Positions 29,854 to 39,542 of a stretch of 64,000 nt of DNA are shown piece after piece; the stretch's first letter is position 1, and each line of letters starts with the position of its first letter. This DNA comes from a virus. The notes under the pieces are model-generated. The model did not search any database, was not told the origin of the DNA, and saw only the letters and a program-made list of their open reading frames with translations. The stretch spans positions 1 through 64,000 of the IMG/VR virus record IMGVR_UViG_3300004463_001172; one strand, 5' to 3'. The translations under genes were made by a program, and so were the position numbers.

Positions 29854-30408
29854 TCAGGGTTCTCCGTATTCGAGTGTCACCTGCGAGAGTCGAATCACCA
29901 CGCGCTCGACTTGCCCTTGCAGGAGCAGATGCGTATCCCCCCCGCCATAATGTAGCCAGCGCCCCGCTGGCATGGCTAGTAAGGGCTCGGTGACCACTAG
30001 CTGACTCCAGAAGCGCCGATCATGCCGTAAGGTCTCTGTGGCGCGTGGGCGTTCGGTGGTGCCGATAGAACCCACGAGATCGTTGCCCAAGGGTACGGTG
30101 GTTATAGCCACATCACTACTGGTTACCAGGCTATCGAAACGCCCCAGATCATCAGCCAGCACCGCATCGGGTGGGATTTTGTGCCCAAAGAGCCGTTGGC
30201 CCGACCAGGTTTTCAGAATGAAAATCGCCTCATCGCTATAGGGGCCAGGATTTTGGTGATAGATCAGTTCCAGCGCATGGGGATCGCCGTAACAGGTGGC
30301 CCCGCGGACTTCGCCGGGATTGGGCAGCACGATGGGCGTGCCGGTAACCGCCACATCACTTTCGACCCAACCTTCCTGCACCCAATCACTTTCCACCCAC
30401 CCGGCCAT
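29854..30408 (-). CDS. Tail-associated protein
   Basis: Position; N-terminal WVESDWVQEGWVE motif. Confidence 0.5.
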   Translation of the reverse strand: MAGWVESDWVQEGWVESDVAVTGTPIVLPNPGEVRGATCYGDPHALELIYHQNPGPYSDEAIFILKTWSGQRLFGHKIPPDAVLADDLGRFDSLVTSSDVAITTVPLGNDLVGSIGTTERPRATETLRHDRRFWSQLVVTEPLLAMPAGRWLHYGGGDTHLLLQGQVERVVIRLSQVTLEYGEP

Positions 30409-30417
30409 AGCCGATTC

Positions 30418-30789
30418 CTAGCGCAAGGGGAACTCGACTAAGACGTCGCTCCCGTAGGAGCGCAGGGTCAAAATGTCGTAGATCGAGTTCAAGGTCGCAT
30501 TCGCGTCATTGCGTAGCTTGAGATTCGCGCCATGCACGACGGTGATGATCCGCGCCGGATCGGCGGGCCGAATGGACACCACTTCGCCCTCGGCCACACC
30601 ATTGATGCGCGTGAGATTGTCGGCTCCAATCCCATTGGTATCCACGATGTACCACCCAGCCCCATTGAGCGTGATGATCCCTGAGCTGATGATGACCGTT
30701 TGTGGTGTGCTTTTGAGCCAGTTAAAATTATTGTCTGCTTCCGCGGGTGTGAGCAGCCGTCCGACTTCAAAGCGTTTGATAATCCCCAT
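30418..30789 (-). CDS. Tail-associated protein
   Basis: GRLLTPAEADNNF fibre N-terminal motif. Confidence 0.55.
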   Translation of the reverse strand: MGIIKRFEVGRLLTPAEADNNFNWLKSTPQTVIISSGIITLNGAGWYIVDTNGIGADNLTRINGVAEGEVVSIRPADPARIITVVHGANLKLRNDANATLNSIYDILTLRSYGSDVLVEFPLR

Positions 30790-31877
30790 TAGCTGAGGCT
30801 CCGGGCCAGACCTGCAAAAGTCGCGTGCACGTCATATCGGTTAATGACCCGATGACTGGCGTCAAACTCGTTCACCCAATGATAGAGCCCAAACTTGGCC
30901 AGATCGGTATCATTGGTGATGAGGTAGCATGGCCGTAAATCCCCATTGGGCTGATCATTCAGGGTTTGCCAAGTGGTATGGAGTTTCTGGTAATCCCCGC
31001 CAGCGATGTCTTGAACGTGCGGGAAGATGACATCGAGTCCTTCACTAGTGGGACTACTCACACCTTGGCCGGCGGTGAGCCCCGCGAGATCGAGTGGATT
31101 ACTGAGTCGTACTTCGTTTGCTCCGAAGCCAATTTGGTATGCCTCGACGGTGATGCGAGGTCCGAGGTACCATTCACTCAGCCGGATATCGCCCTGCCCC
31201 ACGCCGATGGTAAGCCGCAGCCGCCAATACTGCGCGGCACTGGCGGCCGGAAAGATGACTTTTTTTCCCGCCTGCCAGGGGATTAGTTCGTTATGCATGA
31301 GCGACGCAAAGTTGCTGGCATTGCTCGATTGCAACCGGGTGACTGTCGTGGCTAGCAAGTTATGGTCATAGAGCACACACGCTTCTGGGGTCAGGGCACT
31401 GCCGAGATTGGCGATCAGATCGAAGGTACTGCCATCAGCCACAGTGGCACTGCGAAACTCGGTATTGCGGCTCCAGTCGACTAAGGCCGCCACACCCCAT
31501 TTGCGAATGGCGGGGAAGGTCCAGGTATCGCCCGCGACGACATAGGGCAGGCTCACACCGTTGGTGAAACGAATTTGGAGGCCATTATTCAACGTGACGA
31601 AGGTTCCAGGCACGGGTACCACATTTTCCGCATTCCAGCTGGCGCCCCCGCTATCACTCCAGCGGTAGGTGGAGCCAGTGAGCGTGCCGGTCCCATCGAC
31701 ATTCTGCATCTGCACCACATAGAAGGCATTGAGGATGCCGGTATAGGCCCCCTGGACGCTAAACACGACACTGCCGGCTTGGCTGGGCGTCACCCCGGCC
31801 GCACTGGCCGCGGCATAGGAGGTGGCTGAGAGCATGCTGGGCGTTAAGAAATTCTGGTAGAGGAGGCTCGCGCTCAT
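30789..31877 (-). CDS. Distal tail-like protein
   Basis: Directly downstream of the tape measure; QYWRLRL motif. Confidence 0.55.
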   Translation of the reverse strand: MSASLLYQNFLTPSMLSATSYAAASAAGVTPSQAGSVVFSVQGAYTGILNAFYVVQMQNVDGTGTLTGSTYRWSDSGGASWNAENVVPVPGTFVTLNNGLQIRFTNGVSLPYVVAGDTWTFPAIRKWGVAALVDWSRNTEFRSATVADGSTFDLIANLGSALTPEACVLYDHNLLATTVTRLQSSNASNFASLMHNELIPWQAGKKVIFPAASAAQYWRLRLTIGVGQGDIRLSEWYLGPRITVEAYQIGFGANEVRLSNPLDLAGLTAGQGVSSPTSEGLDVIFPHVQDIAGGDYQKLHTTWQTLNDQPNGDLRPCYLITNDTDLAKFGLYHWVNEFDASHRVINRYDVHATFAGLARSLS

Positions 31878-34800
31878 CGCCGTCGCCCTAATTGCGTCGT
31901 CAGTTGCCGCTCAACATGCCGCGAGAGTTCATTGGCGAAGCTGCGGATATCGCGCTCATCCTTAATCACTGCATTGACGATGACATTCACTGTAATGGTG
32001 ATGGGCGCACCAGTCGGCTCCACTGTGCCGCCGCTCTGATACCCCCCACTGATGAGGGCTTTCGAGGCTTTGCGATTCATTACGAATGAGCCGGTGGGCA
32101 CGCGCAGGGGTACGCTATCGCCATCACCTGAGCCGCCTACCATGAAGCGCGGCCAGGTATCGTTGACCGTGGCGAGTGCGCCCAGTTGATGCCCTGACAA
32201 TGGCCCTTTGAATACCAGCTCTCCCGGCTCCGCCATGATGTGCGTCATGCCACCCATGGCAAAACGCTGCATTGGTACCAAATCCTGGGGCTGCATGGCG
32301 CGGAGCGGACCGCCCCATTGCAAGCCGGAGACGAGTCCACCGAGCTGTTCCTGTTGATCCGCGCCCCCGCCTGTACTAATGCTGGCCACGACATTCACCG
32401 GGAGCGGTAAGGGCTGGACACTGGTGGCTTGCACGGCTGGTGGGGGTTGCGCGGTTAGATTGACAAGTTCGAGATTGGAGAGATAGAGCGCTTGGATTTG
32501 GCTTTCGAGGGCCTGCAAGCTGCTGAGCGTGGCTTCCTGAATGGCTTTGATCTGCTCATTCAGAGTTGTCGTATCTTGCGCCTCGGTCAGTTGTTCATTT
32601 AGCGCATCCAAGAGCGCTTGCTCGGCTTCCAATTGCGCGAAGAACACGTCCATTTGCGCGGTGAAGCGGGCATTCTCCGCGTCTTCTTGGATTTGCAGCG
32701 CATCATATTGTGCCTGGAGCGCGTCATAGGCGACATCAAGCGTTTCTTGCTGGGCTGCCAGCGCTTCCAGTTGGGCGTCAATGCCTTCTTGCTGGAGGTC
32801 TAAGGCGTCTTGTTGCAGCGCCACGGCATCGCGTTGGGCATCAATGCCTTGTTGCTGCAAGTCGATCCCTGCACGTTGCGCATCAATGCCTTGCTGTTGG
32901 AGGTCGATGCTTTCGCGCTGGGCGTCAATGCCTTGTTGCTGCAGCTCCAGTGCTTCAATTTGGGCGTCAATGCCTTGTTGCTGCAGCTCCAGCGCTGCTA
33001 ATTGCGTGTCAATCCCTTGTTGCTGGAGGTCCAGCGCGGCTTCTTGTGTACTGAGGGAACTTTCCATCGCCGCGAGTTGCGCTTCCTCGGTACTGAGTTG
33101 GTTGGCCGTGAGTTGGAGCTGCTGATCGATCTGCTGTTGCAATTGGATCAGACCATCATTGCCTTCTTTCTGCAGGTCGAGTTGGTTGGTCGATTGCCCC
33201 AGGGCTACGAGTTCGTTGTTCAGTTCCACGAGCTGATTCAGCGTATCGATCTGTTGTTCGCCAGTTTGGCCAGACAATTGGGCTTGCAGCTCCGCGATTC
33301 GACTGCGCAGTGCCCCCGCCGCCACCGCTGGTGCTTGTCCACCTCGCACGAGCCCTTGGACTTGCTGGCTGAGTTGGGTCAAACTCTCGACGGATTGCTG
33401 TAGGCTCTGGACGGAGTCCTGCCGCGCGGCAATTTCATCACGGAGTCCCTGGAGTTCTTCGCGCTGTTGATTGAGCGCGTCTTGTTGCAGCCCAATCGCT
33501 TCGCGCTGTTGATTGAGCGCTTTTTGCTGGAGGTCAATGGCTTTCGTTTGTTGATCTAGGGCTTTCTGTTGGAGGTCAATCACTTTCGTCTGCTGATCCA
33601 GGGCGGTTTGTTGGAGGTCAATGGCTTTCGTCTGCTGATCGAGGGCTTTTTGCTGACCATCAATCGCTTTCGTTTGTTGGTCTAAGGCTTTTTGCTGCAG
33701 GTCGAGGAGTTTCTGCTGATCGTCCACCGCATCACGCGCGGCATCAATGCGTGCTTGCTCCACATCGAGTACTGCTTTCTGCGCATCGAGCAGATCGCGT
33801 TGGGCTTGAATGGCGTCTAGGGCTGCTTCATGGGCTTCTTCGGCGGCGTCTTGCACCTCGGCATAGGCGTCGAGCACGTCTTGCTGCGCATCCACCGCGG
33901 CCTGCGCTGTTTCAATGAATTGGGCATGCTGCTCTTGCAGCAATTGGATTTGCAGCGCCGCATTGGCGATGATGTCCTGCCGCATCACTTCAAAGAGCGG
34001 AATGACCAGCGTCAAGCTATCGCTCAGCCGCAGGATTTCCTCAGCGGTCTCGTCCATGTGCTCTTTCACATCAGCTAACTTATCGGCGGTCGGGGTTAAC
34101 GTCGCGGTGAGGCTATCGATATCCTTCACTAGCGCACTCAGCACCGGGGCCAACTGTTGCGCGGCAATGACGATGCCGGCCAATTCCGGGGTCAAGGCCG
34201 CGACTTCTTGGGGGATGGCGGCCGCGAGTACAATCCCCTTGAAAAAGTTCTCCTGTGGACCGGTGAGGGCTGCTTTGAGGCTATTGGTCAAATCATTGGC
34301 GAAGTTTTGCATAAAGGCGGTGACACGGGTCTTGACCGGACTGAGATTGCGCTCGACATCATCATTGGCGACTTTTTCTAACTCGGCAATCGCCACGTTG
34401 AAGGTTTTGAGCACGTTGACCATGCCTTGGGAGGCTGCGGGGAGGAGCCGAATCTGTGTGTCGAGATCGGCCGTGGTGAGCTGCTGAAAGGCTTCGTTCA
34501 ATGGCGCTAAGAAACTAGAGCCGATTTGAATGGGAATAAAAGCTAGTTGCTCTTTAATGTCCTCCTCTAACCTCTTCGCATTGGCGCTATTCAGCGTGAG
34601 CGCGCCCGCGATGCCTTCTTCCAACGCTTGTTGTGTCGAGCCGAGGAGCGCTTCTGGATCAATAGCGACTTCGTTGATGGCCTTCAGCATGGCGTCAATC
34701 ATCTGATCGACGCCTGTACTGAGTGCATCCGCGGTTTTTGTCGCGACATCATCCCCGAGTTTTTCAGATTCTACGGTCGAGGCTGAACTCGTCCCCTGCC

Positions 34801-37800
34801 GAACCAATTGGCCGCTCTCGACGCCGATGCTGGAGCCCTGGAGTTGCCCGACGACCAGGCGTGGTCCCCCAGGTTTGATAAACTGGTCGAGAATCATGCC
34901 AATGGCCGCCAAGACGGCCGCGGCAATCAAGCCATAGCCGGTAAACCCCGTGGTCGTGGCGGTCCCAATGGCGGCTGCCATGAGTCCTGATGCGGACGCG
35001 GCGGCGAACGCTCCAGCCGCGGATGATGCGGCGTAGGCGGCCTGCGCGGCGCTGTTATTCGCATTGAGCGCGCCATAGATACCGCCCCCGACGGCAGCTA
35101 AGCCACCAGCCACACCCAAAGTAGAGAAGGCTGGACTCGCGGCTGAGCCTGTTGGAATGCCGACGTCGAATGAGAGGGCGGCGGCATCTACGGAGCTTTG
35201 CAATCCTTCGACGCCATAGAGGAGACTCGTCATGGTGTTATCGAGGGAACTGATGGTCGAGCTGAAGCCTCGCAGGAGTGAGGAACTATCGCCATAGAGG
35301 TTATACGCTTGCTTGCCTAAGCTTAAGAGAGTCGAGAGGTCGAAGCCCCCCCCAGCGGCTCCACCTCCCGCTCCTCCGGCCGCCCCCCCTGCGGCCGTGC
35401 CAAAGGCTCCTAAGAATTGTGTGGCCACGGAGATGATAATCGGCCGCAGCACCGCATAGGCGATCATGTCGGCAATGGTTTTGAAGAAAAATTGCTTGAG
35501 GCTGGTGAGCAGGTCTTTGATGCCGGTGATCTGCCCATCGAAGAGATTAAAAAGAAAATCCCCAGCCACATCGGTAGCACGTTCGACAAAGTGCCGTAGC
35601 CCTTCGCTTTCTTCGTTGAGGAGCTGCTGGCGCTCGGTTTGCTGCCGAATCTCTAAGGCTTGTTTGTCTGCGGCAAATCGGTTATCGACCTCTTGGAGTC
35701 GTGTGTATTTCAGTTCTTCATCCGTGACATTCTGCTCGATATCTTTTCTTCGTGCCTCTGCCAGACTTTCCATGCGGCGTATTTGGTTTTCAAAGTCTTT
35801 CTCTTGCAGGGCTTTGAAGCGATTCAAGCCTTCCTGCTTTGTGATGACTTCCCCTTCGACCTGCGCTTGAATCAGGCCCTTTTCTGCATCAATGACTTGC
35901 TGACGTCCCTCTAGCGTCGATTGCAGCGCTTTGACGGCTTGTTCTTCGAGTTTGAGGCGTTTGGCTTGTTCGGCCTCTTGGACTTTTGTACGCTGTGCTT
36001 CCAGCGCTGTTTGTTTTTGGTACAGATCGGTATCGAGTGCTAACTGTTTGGTGTTGGTGCTGGCTTGAGACTCTAAGAGTTGGGCTTGGATCACCGCCCG
36101 TTGGGCCGCAGCTTGCTCCGCAGAAATCAGTCCCGCTTGGACTTGCCGATCAAGACTCGCTTTCTCGGCATTGAGTTCCGCTTCTCGGAGTTTTTGGATT
36201 TGTGGGAGTGCGGCCTGTTGGGCTTCCACGCGCTTTTGCTCAGTCTCTACGGCAATCTCGGCTCGGCGAATCCCCGCCCGTTCATCAATCTGCTGTATCG
36301 CCGCCGCATTCCCTTCCGCGGCGCTGACATGCTGATTTCGCTGCTGTTCGAGCGCGTGGAGTTCCGCTGCTTCGGCATTACTAATCTGCTGCAAGCGCTG
36401 CTGGAGCGCGGATTCTGCCTGTTGGAGCCGTTGTTGCGCCCCTGCTTGTTCGAGTTGCGCGCGGGCTTGTTCAGTTTGTGTGGTAATGCCCAGAGTTTCG
36501 CTTTGCGCTTTGCGTAGCGCTTGGGCCATATTCTTGGCCACGATTTGGGCGCGTTTCTCGGCATCCTCGAGGAGTTTCCCTTGGGCATCGACAAACCCAA
36601 ACTCTTTCAGTTGTTGGGCGCGGCTCACCCCGGCAATCGGTTCGGTTAACACTCGCAGCGCCATACGATATTGCTCGACTTTCCCCTGGAGCTTGGTTAC
36701 GTCAAATGACGACTCAGCTTGGTTAAATTGGGCAATAAAGAGTTTGAGTTCGTTGAGGGAAATCGCGGCAAAATCCTGGATCGGCGCTAAGTCTCCGGCG
36801 ATTTCTCCGACCCCGACGTTGACCTTTGCTTGGGCGGCCTTCTGGACTGAGAGGATGTCTGCGCCCGTGACTGTGCCTTTGAGCCCTTCAAAAATATTGC
36901 TGGGGTTGATGGATTTCAGGGCATTCCAAGCTTTGGTGAGGAGTCCGACCTGCGCTTCCTGCTTGGCCAGTTCTGCGGTGAAATCTTGCGTGCGTTTCAC
37001 ATTATCTTGAAAGGTTTGTCCGGTCTGGTCGGAGGCTTGCCGGAGTTCGGGGAAGCGTTGTTGCAATTCGCGCATGGCCGCTGCTAAAAAACTTGTCTCG
37101 CCGACGGTGCGGTTCGTTTTGGCGGCGACCTCAGTAAAGGCTTTTCCGAGGTCGGCTGTGGTACCTTGTAAGGTGGTAAAGAGCCGCTGCAGCGGGGACA
37201 TCTCTTTGAAGGCTTGGCGCTGGGCTTCGGTACTGCGATCCACGGCGCTGGTATACGCCACATAGCCCCCGACCAGTGTTGCGAGCGCGAGTATAATGAT
37301 CCCAATCGGTCCTGTCGCTAACTTGACGAGTGTTGCACCTAATGCAATGCCCTGTGCATTGATGAGCCCCACCGCCACCGCGCCAGCGCTCGCAATCGCT
37401 GAGAGGGTGACAATCGCGGCGCCCATCGCCACGACGGTACTGATGGCACTTTGCATCGCAGGCGATAAGGCATTCACAGCGATGAGGAGTTCGGTCACCG
37501 CCGAGACGCCCGCGCGAAGCCCTGGTAAAAAGGCGCGACCGAGGGCATTGGCTGCTTCCTCTTGGAAGCGCGCCATGGATAGGAGTTGTTTCCCCGCGTC
37601 ACCCATCGCTGCCGTATAGACCCCAGCGATTCGTGCACCTTGTGTGAGCGTTTGGGTCAGTGCCACTTGCTGTTTTTCAGCGAGCGTGAGGCTCTCTACA
37701 GTTCGGCCTGTTTGCTGCGCAAAACTCCGATAGGCCTGTTCAAGGTTGACTGTCAGCCCATAGGTCCGGAAGATCTCTGGTTGGAGGGTGAGCACGGCAT

Positions 37801-38758
37801 GGAGCAAGCCTTGGAGGGCTTCCGAGCTGTTTTGTCCACTAATCGCCGCGGCATCTTGGGCCACGCGGGCGAGCTGCGTGGCTTTCGTGAGATCGAGGTT
37901 GTTTTGGATAAACCGGGTAATGACGGTACTGGCTTCTTGGGTGGTAATCCCCAGGGCTTTGACTTGGGCCACATACTTTTGTGATTCTTGCGTTGAGATG
38001 CCAGCGGTACGGGCCACTTGTCCCAGGACTGTTCCTAAGACTTCGGTCCGGGCTGCGGTCAGCGTAACTTCTTGAATAAAATTGACGAGCCCCCCGGTCA
38101 CGCGAAACGCCACAAAAAACGCGCTCACCGCAGCGGTCATTTCGCCAAATCCTGCGGTGATGACTTTTTTACTCGTTTCGGCTTCGGCGCGGAACTGCCG
38201 CTCGGCCTCGCCAATGGCGACGAGCGCTTGCTGATATTGCACCCCGGCCTTGTAGGCTTGCTGGAGGGATTGCACGGACTCGGCGCCCGCGCCCGTCAGA
38301 CTGGCGCCGCCGAGATTGGACCCTGACCGTTGTGAGGCCACTTTTTTAGCGGATGCCTCTATAGAGGCTAAGGATTGCGCGTAACTGGTATTGGCGCGAA
38401 TCGCCTCCTGAAGGCTCGCGATGGACTCTCGCTCTGCCCCCGTCATGGCGTTTACTCCCACCACGACTTTTTGGCTCGCACCCTGAACCGTCCCAAGCGT
38501 TTGCGTATATGCGGTGTTCGCTTGCCCAGCTTGCAGCCATACCGTATTGAGTGTTCCCTGGGCTGTCACGGCTTTGATGGTCTGGTCAGCCAGCTGTTGT
38601 AACCCTCGAATCAGTGTCGTATTGCCCGTACTCGTTTTCGCTTGCAGTGCGGTCATGTCGGCTGAGATCTTCGCAAATGCCTGTACTAAGGCTTCCGGAA
38701 TGCGCTTGATCTCATCCAAGCGGTTCACACTGATATTGACCGAGAGTTCAATGGCCAA
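31874..38758 (-). CDS. Tape measure protein (2294 aa)
   Basis: Very long Ala/Gln/Leu-rich helical protein with hydrophobic patches, downstream of the tail chaperones. Confidence 0.9.
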   Translation of the reverse strand: MAIELSVNISVNRLDEIKRIPEALVQAFAKISADMTALQAKTSTGNTTLIRGLQQLADQTIKAVTAQGTLNTVWLQAGQANTAYTQTLGTVQGASQKVVVGVNAMTGAERESIASLQEAIRANTSYAQSLASIEASAKKVASQRSGSNLGGASLTGAGAESVQSLQQAYKAGVQYQQALVAIGEAERQFRAEAETSKKVITAGFGEMTAAVSAFFVAFRVTGGLVNFIQEVTLTAARTEVLGTVLGQVARTAGISTQESQKYVAQVKALGITTQEASTVITRFIQNNLDLTKATQLARVAQDAAAISGQNSSEALQGLLHAVLTLQPEIFRTYGLTVNLEQAYRSFAQQTGRTVESLTLAEKQQVALTQTLTQGARIAGVYTAAMGDAGKQLLSMARFQEEAANALGRAFLPGLRAGVSAVTELLIAVNALSPAMQSAISTVVAMGAAIVTLSAIASAGAVAVGLINAQGIALGATLVKLATGPIGIIILALATLVGGYVAYTSAVDRSTEAQRQAFKEMSPLQRLFTTLQGTTADLGKAFTEVAAKTNRTVGETSFLAAAMRELQQRFPELRQASDQTGQTFQDNVKRTQDFTAELAKQEAQVGLLTKAWNALKSINPSNIFEGLKGTVTGADILSVQKAAQAKVNVGVGEIAGDLAPIQDFAAISLNELKLFIAQFNQAESSFDVTKLQGKVEQYRMALRVLTEPIAGVSRAQQLKEFGFVDAQGKLLEDAEKRAQIVAKNMAQALRKAQSETLGITTQTEQARAQLEQAGAQQRLQQAESALQQRLQQISNAEAAELHALEQQRNQHVSAAEGNAAAIQQIDERAGIRRAEIAVETEQKRVEAQQAALPQIQKLREAELNAEKASLDRQVQAGLISAEQAAAQRAVIQAQLLESQASTNTKQLALDTDLYQKQTALEAQRTKVQEAEQAKRLKLEEQAVKALQSTLEGRQQVIDAEKGLIQAQVEGEVITKQEGLNRFKALQEKDFENQIRRMESLAEARRKDIEQNVTDEELKYTRLQEVDNRFAADKQALEIRQQTERQQLLNEESEGLRHFVERATDVAGDFLFNLFDGQITGIKDLLTSLKQFFFKTIADMIAYAVLRPIIISVATQFLGAFGTAAGGAAGGAGGGAAGGGFDLSTLLSLGKQAYNLYGDSSSLLRGFSSTISSLDNTMTSLLYGVEGLQSSVDAAALSFDVGIPTGSAASPAFSTLGVAGGLAAVGGGIYGALNANNSAAQAAYAASSAAGAFAAASASGLMAAAIGTATTTGFTGYGLIAAAVLAAIGMILDQFIKPGGPRLVVGQLQGSSIGVESGQLVRQGTSSASTVESEKLGDDVATKTADALSTGVDQMIDAMLKAINEVAIDPEALLGSTQQALEEGIAGALTLNSANAKRLEEDIKEQLAFIPIQIGSSFLAPLNEAFQQLTTADLDTQIRLLPAASQGMVNVLKTFNVAIAELEKVANDDVERNLSPVKTRVTAFMQNFANDLTNSLKAALTGPQENFFKGIVLAAAIPQEVAALTPELAGIVIAAQQLAPVLSALVKDIDSLTATLTPTADKLADVKEHMDETAEEILRLSDSLTLVIPLFEVMRQDIIANAALQIQLLQEQHAQFIETAQAAVDAQQDVLDAYAEVQDAAEEAHEAALDAIQAQRDLLDAQKAVLDVEQARIDAARDAVDDQQKLLDLQQKALDQQTKAIDGQQKALDQQTKAIDLQQTALDQQTKVIDLQQKALDQQTKAIDLQQKALNQQREAIGLQQDALNQQREELQGLRDEIAARQDSVQSLQQSVESLTQLSQQVQGLVRGGQAPAVAAGALRSRIAELQAQLSGQTGEQQIDTLNQLVELNNELVALGQSTNQLDLQKEGNDGLIQLQQQIDQQLQLTANQLSTEEAQLAAMESSLSTQEAALDLQQQGIDTQLAALELQQQGIDAQIEALELQQQGIDAQRESIDLQQQGIDAQRAGIDLQQQGIDAQRDAVALQQDALDLQQEGIDAQLEALAAQQETLDVAYDALQAQYDALQIQEDAENARFTAQMDVFFAQLEAEQALLDALNEQLTEAQDTTTLNEQIKAIQEATLSSLQALESQIQALYLSNLELVNLTAQPPPAVQATSVQPLPLPVNVVASISTGGGADQQEQLGGLVSGLQWGGPLRAMQPQDLVPMQRFAMGGMTHIMAEPGELVFKGPLSGHQLGALATVNDTWPRFMVGGSGDGDSVPLRVPTGSFVMNRKASKALISGGYQSGGTVEPTGAPITITVNVIVNAVIKDERDIRSFANELSRHVERQLTTQLGRRR

Positions 38759-38764
38759 GAGGTC

Positions 38765-39136
38765 TTATCCCTCTGACAGGCTCGGGTTTTTCACGACCTT
38801 TAACTTTTCCGGCTGGAGTGAGTCCTTATGCTCTCGCTCAAGCTTGGCCCATTGGCCGATGCGCTCATAGATCGCCCGTTGCTTCCAGCGATCAGTGACG
38901 CCAACTAAGCGTAAGAGAAACCCCCAATCAATGGGGTGATCTGGGATGGGGTGCAAGGATGCGAGATGCATCACTTCTCGCGCCAGCATGGACACCTCAC
39001 CGCTCTGTTGTAAGAGGAGATTAGGACAGGCCTCACAGGGGAAGTTGAACACGTCTGGGTGCTGCGCGGCCTCGGCCCGGCAATTCTCACAATTCAGCCA
39101 CGGCATGTCGAGCCGTCGTTTCACCCACGCCTCGAA
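38765..39136 (-). CDS. Tail assembly chaperone GT extension (+1 frame)
   Basis: Overlaps the chaperone 3' end in the +1 frame; CENC..CEAC; lies just before the tape measure. Confidence 0.6.
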   Translation of the reverse strand, partial: FEAWVKRRLDMPWLNCENCRAEAAQHPDVFNFPCEACPNLLLQQSGEVSMLAREVMHLASLHPIPDHPIDWGFLLRLVGVTDRWKQRAIYERIGQWAKLEREHKDSLQPEKLKVVKNPSLSEG

Positions 39137-39512
39137 AGCTCTCTTGCTCCTGAATCTGCCGCTGCGCCTCGTCATTGGCCAGATCGATCGCCATATCAAC
39201 GATCCAATTCGCCCGCTTCCCTGAGAGGCCAGCCAGTTTCAGCTTGTTTTCCAGGTTGCATGGCACCGGTTGCCCATTGGCCGTCACTCCTTCCCATGCT
39301 TCGAGGAGATAGTCATAGAGCAGTTCCCGGTGCCGCTCCTCGTCAGCTTTCTCGACTTCTTGCCCCGCGCGATCTCGCACCTTCCGTGTCGTGAGCTTCG
39401 TAAAATGGCGGATTTTGTCGGGGGTCAGCGGTTTGATGCAATACTTTTCCCCCTCCCCCCAGGGATATTCAATCCATGTCCCTTCCTCGGTACGTCCCAG
39501 ATCGAATGGCAT
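39087..39512 (-). CDS. Tail assembly chaperone (gpG-like)
   Basis: GGAGG RBS; LLEAWEGV..PVPC..ENKLKL; between tube and tape measure. Confidence 0.75.
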   Translation of the reverse strand: MPFDLGRTEEGTWIEYPWGEGEKYCIKPLTPDKIRHFTKLTTRKVRDRAGQEVEKADEERHRELLYDYLLEAWEGVTANGQPVPCNLENKLKLAGLSGKRANWIVDMAIDLANDEAQRQIQEQESFRGVGETTARHAVAEL

Positions 39513-39542
39513 ATAACCTCCATATCTATTGGATACCAATAA

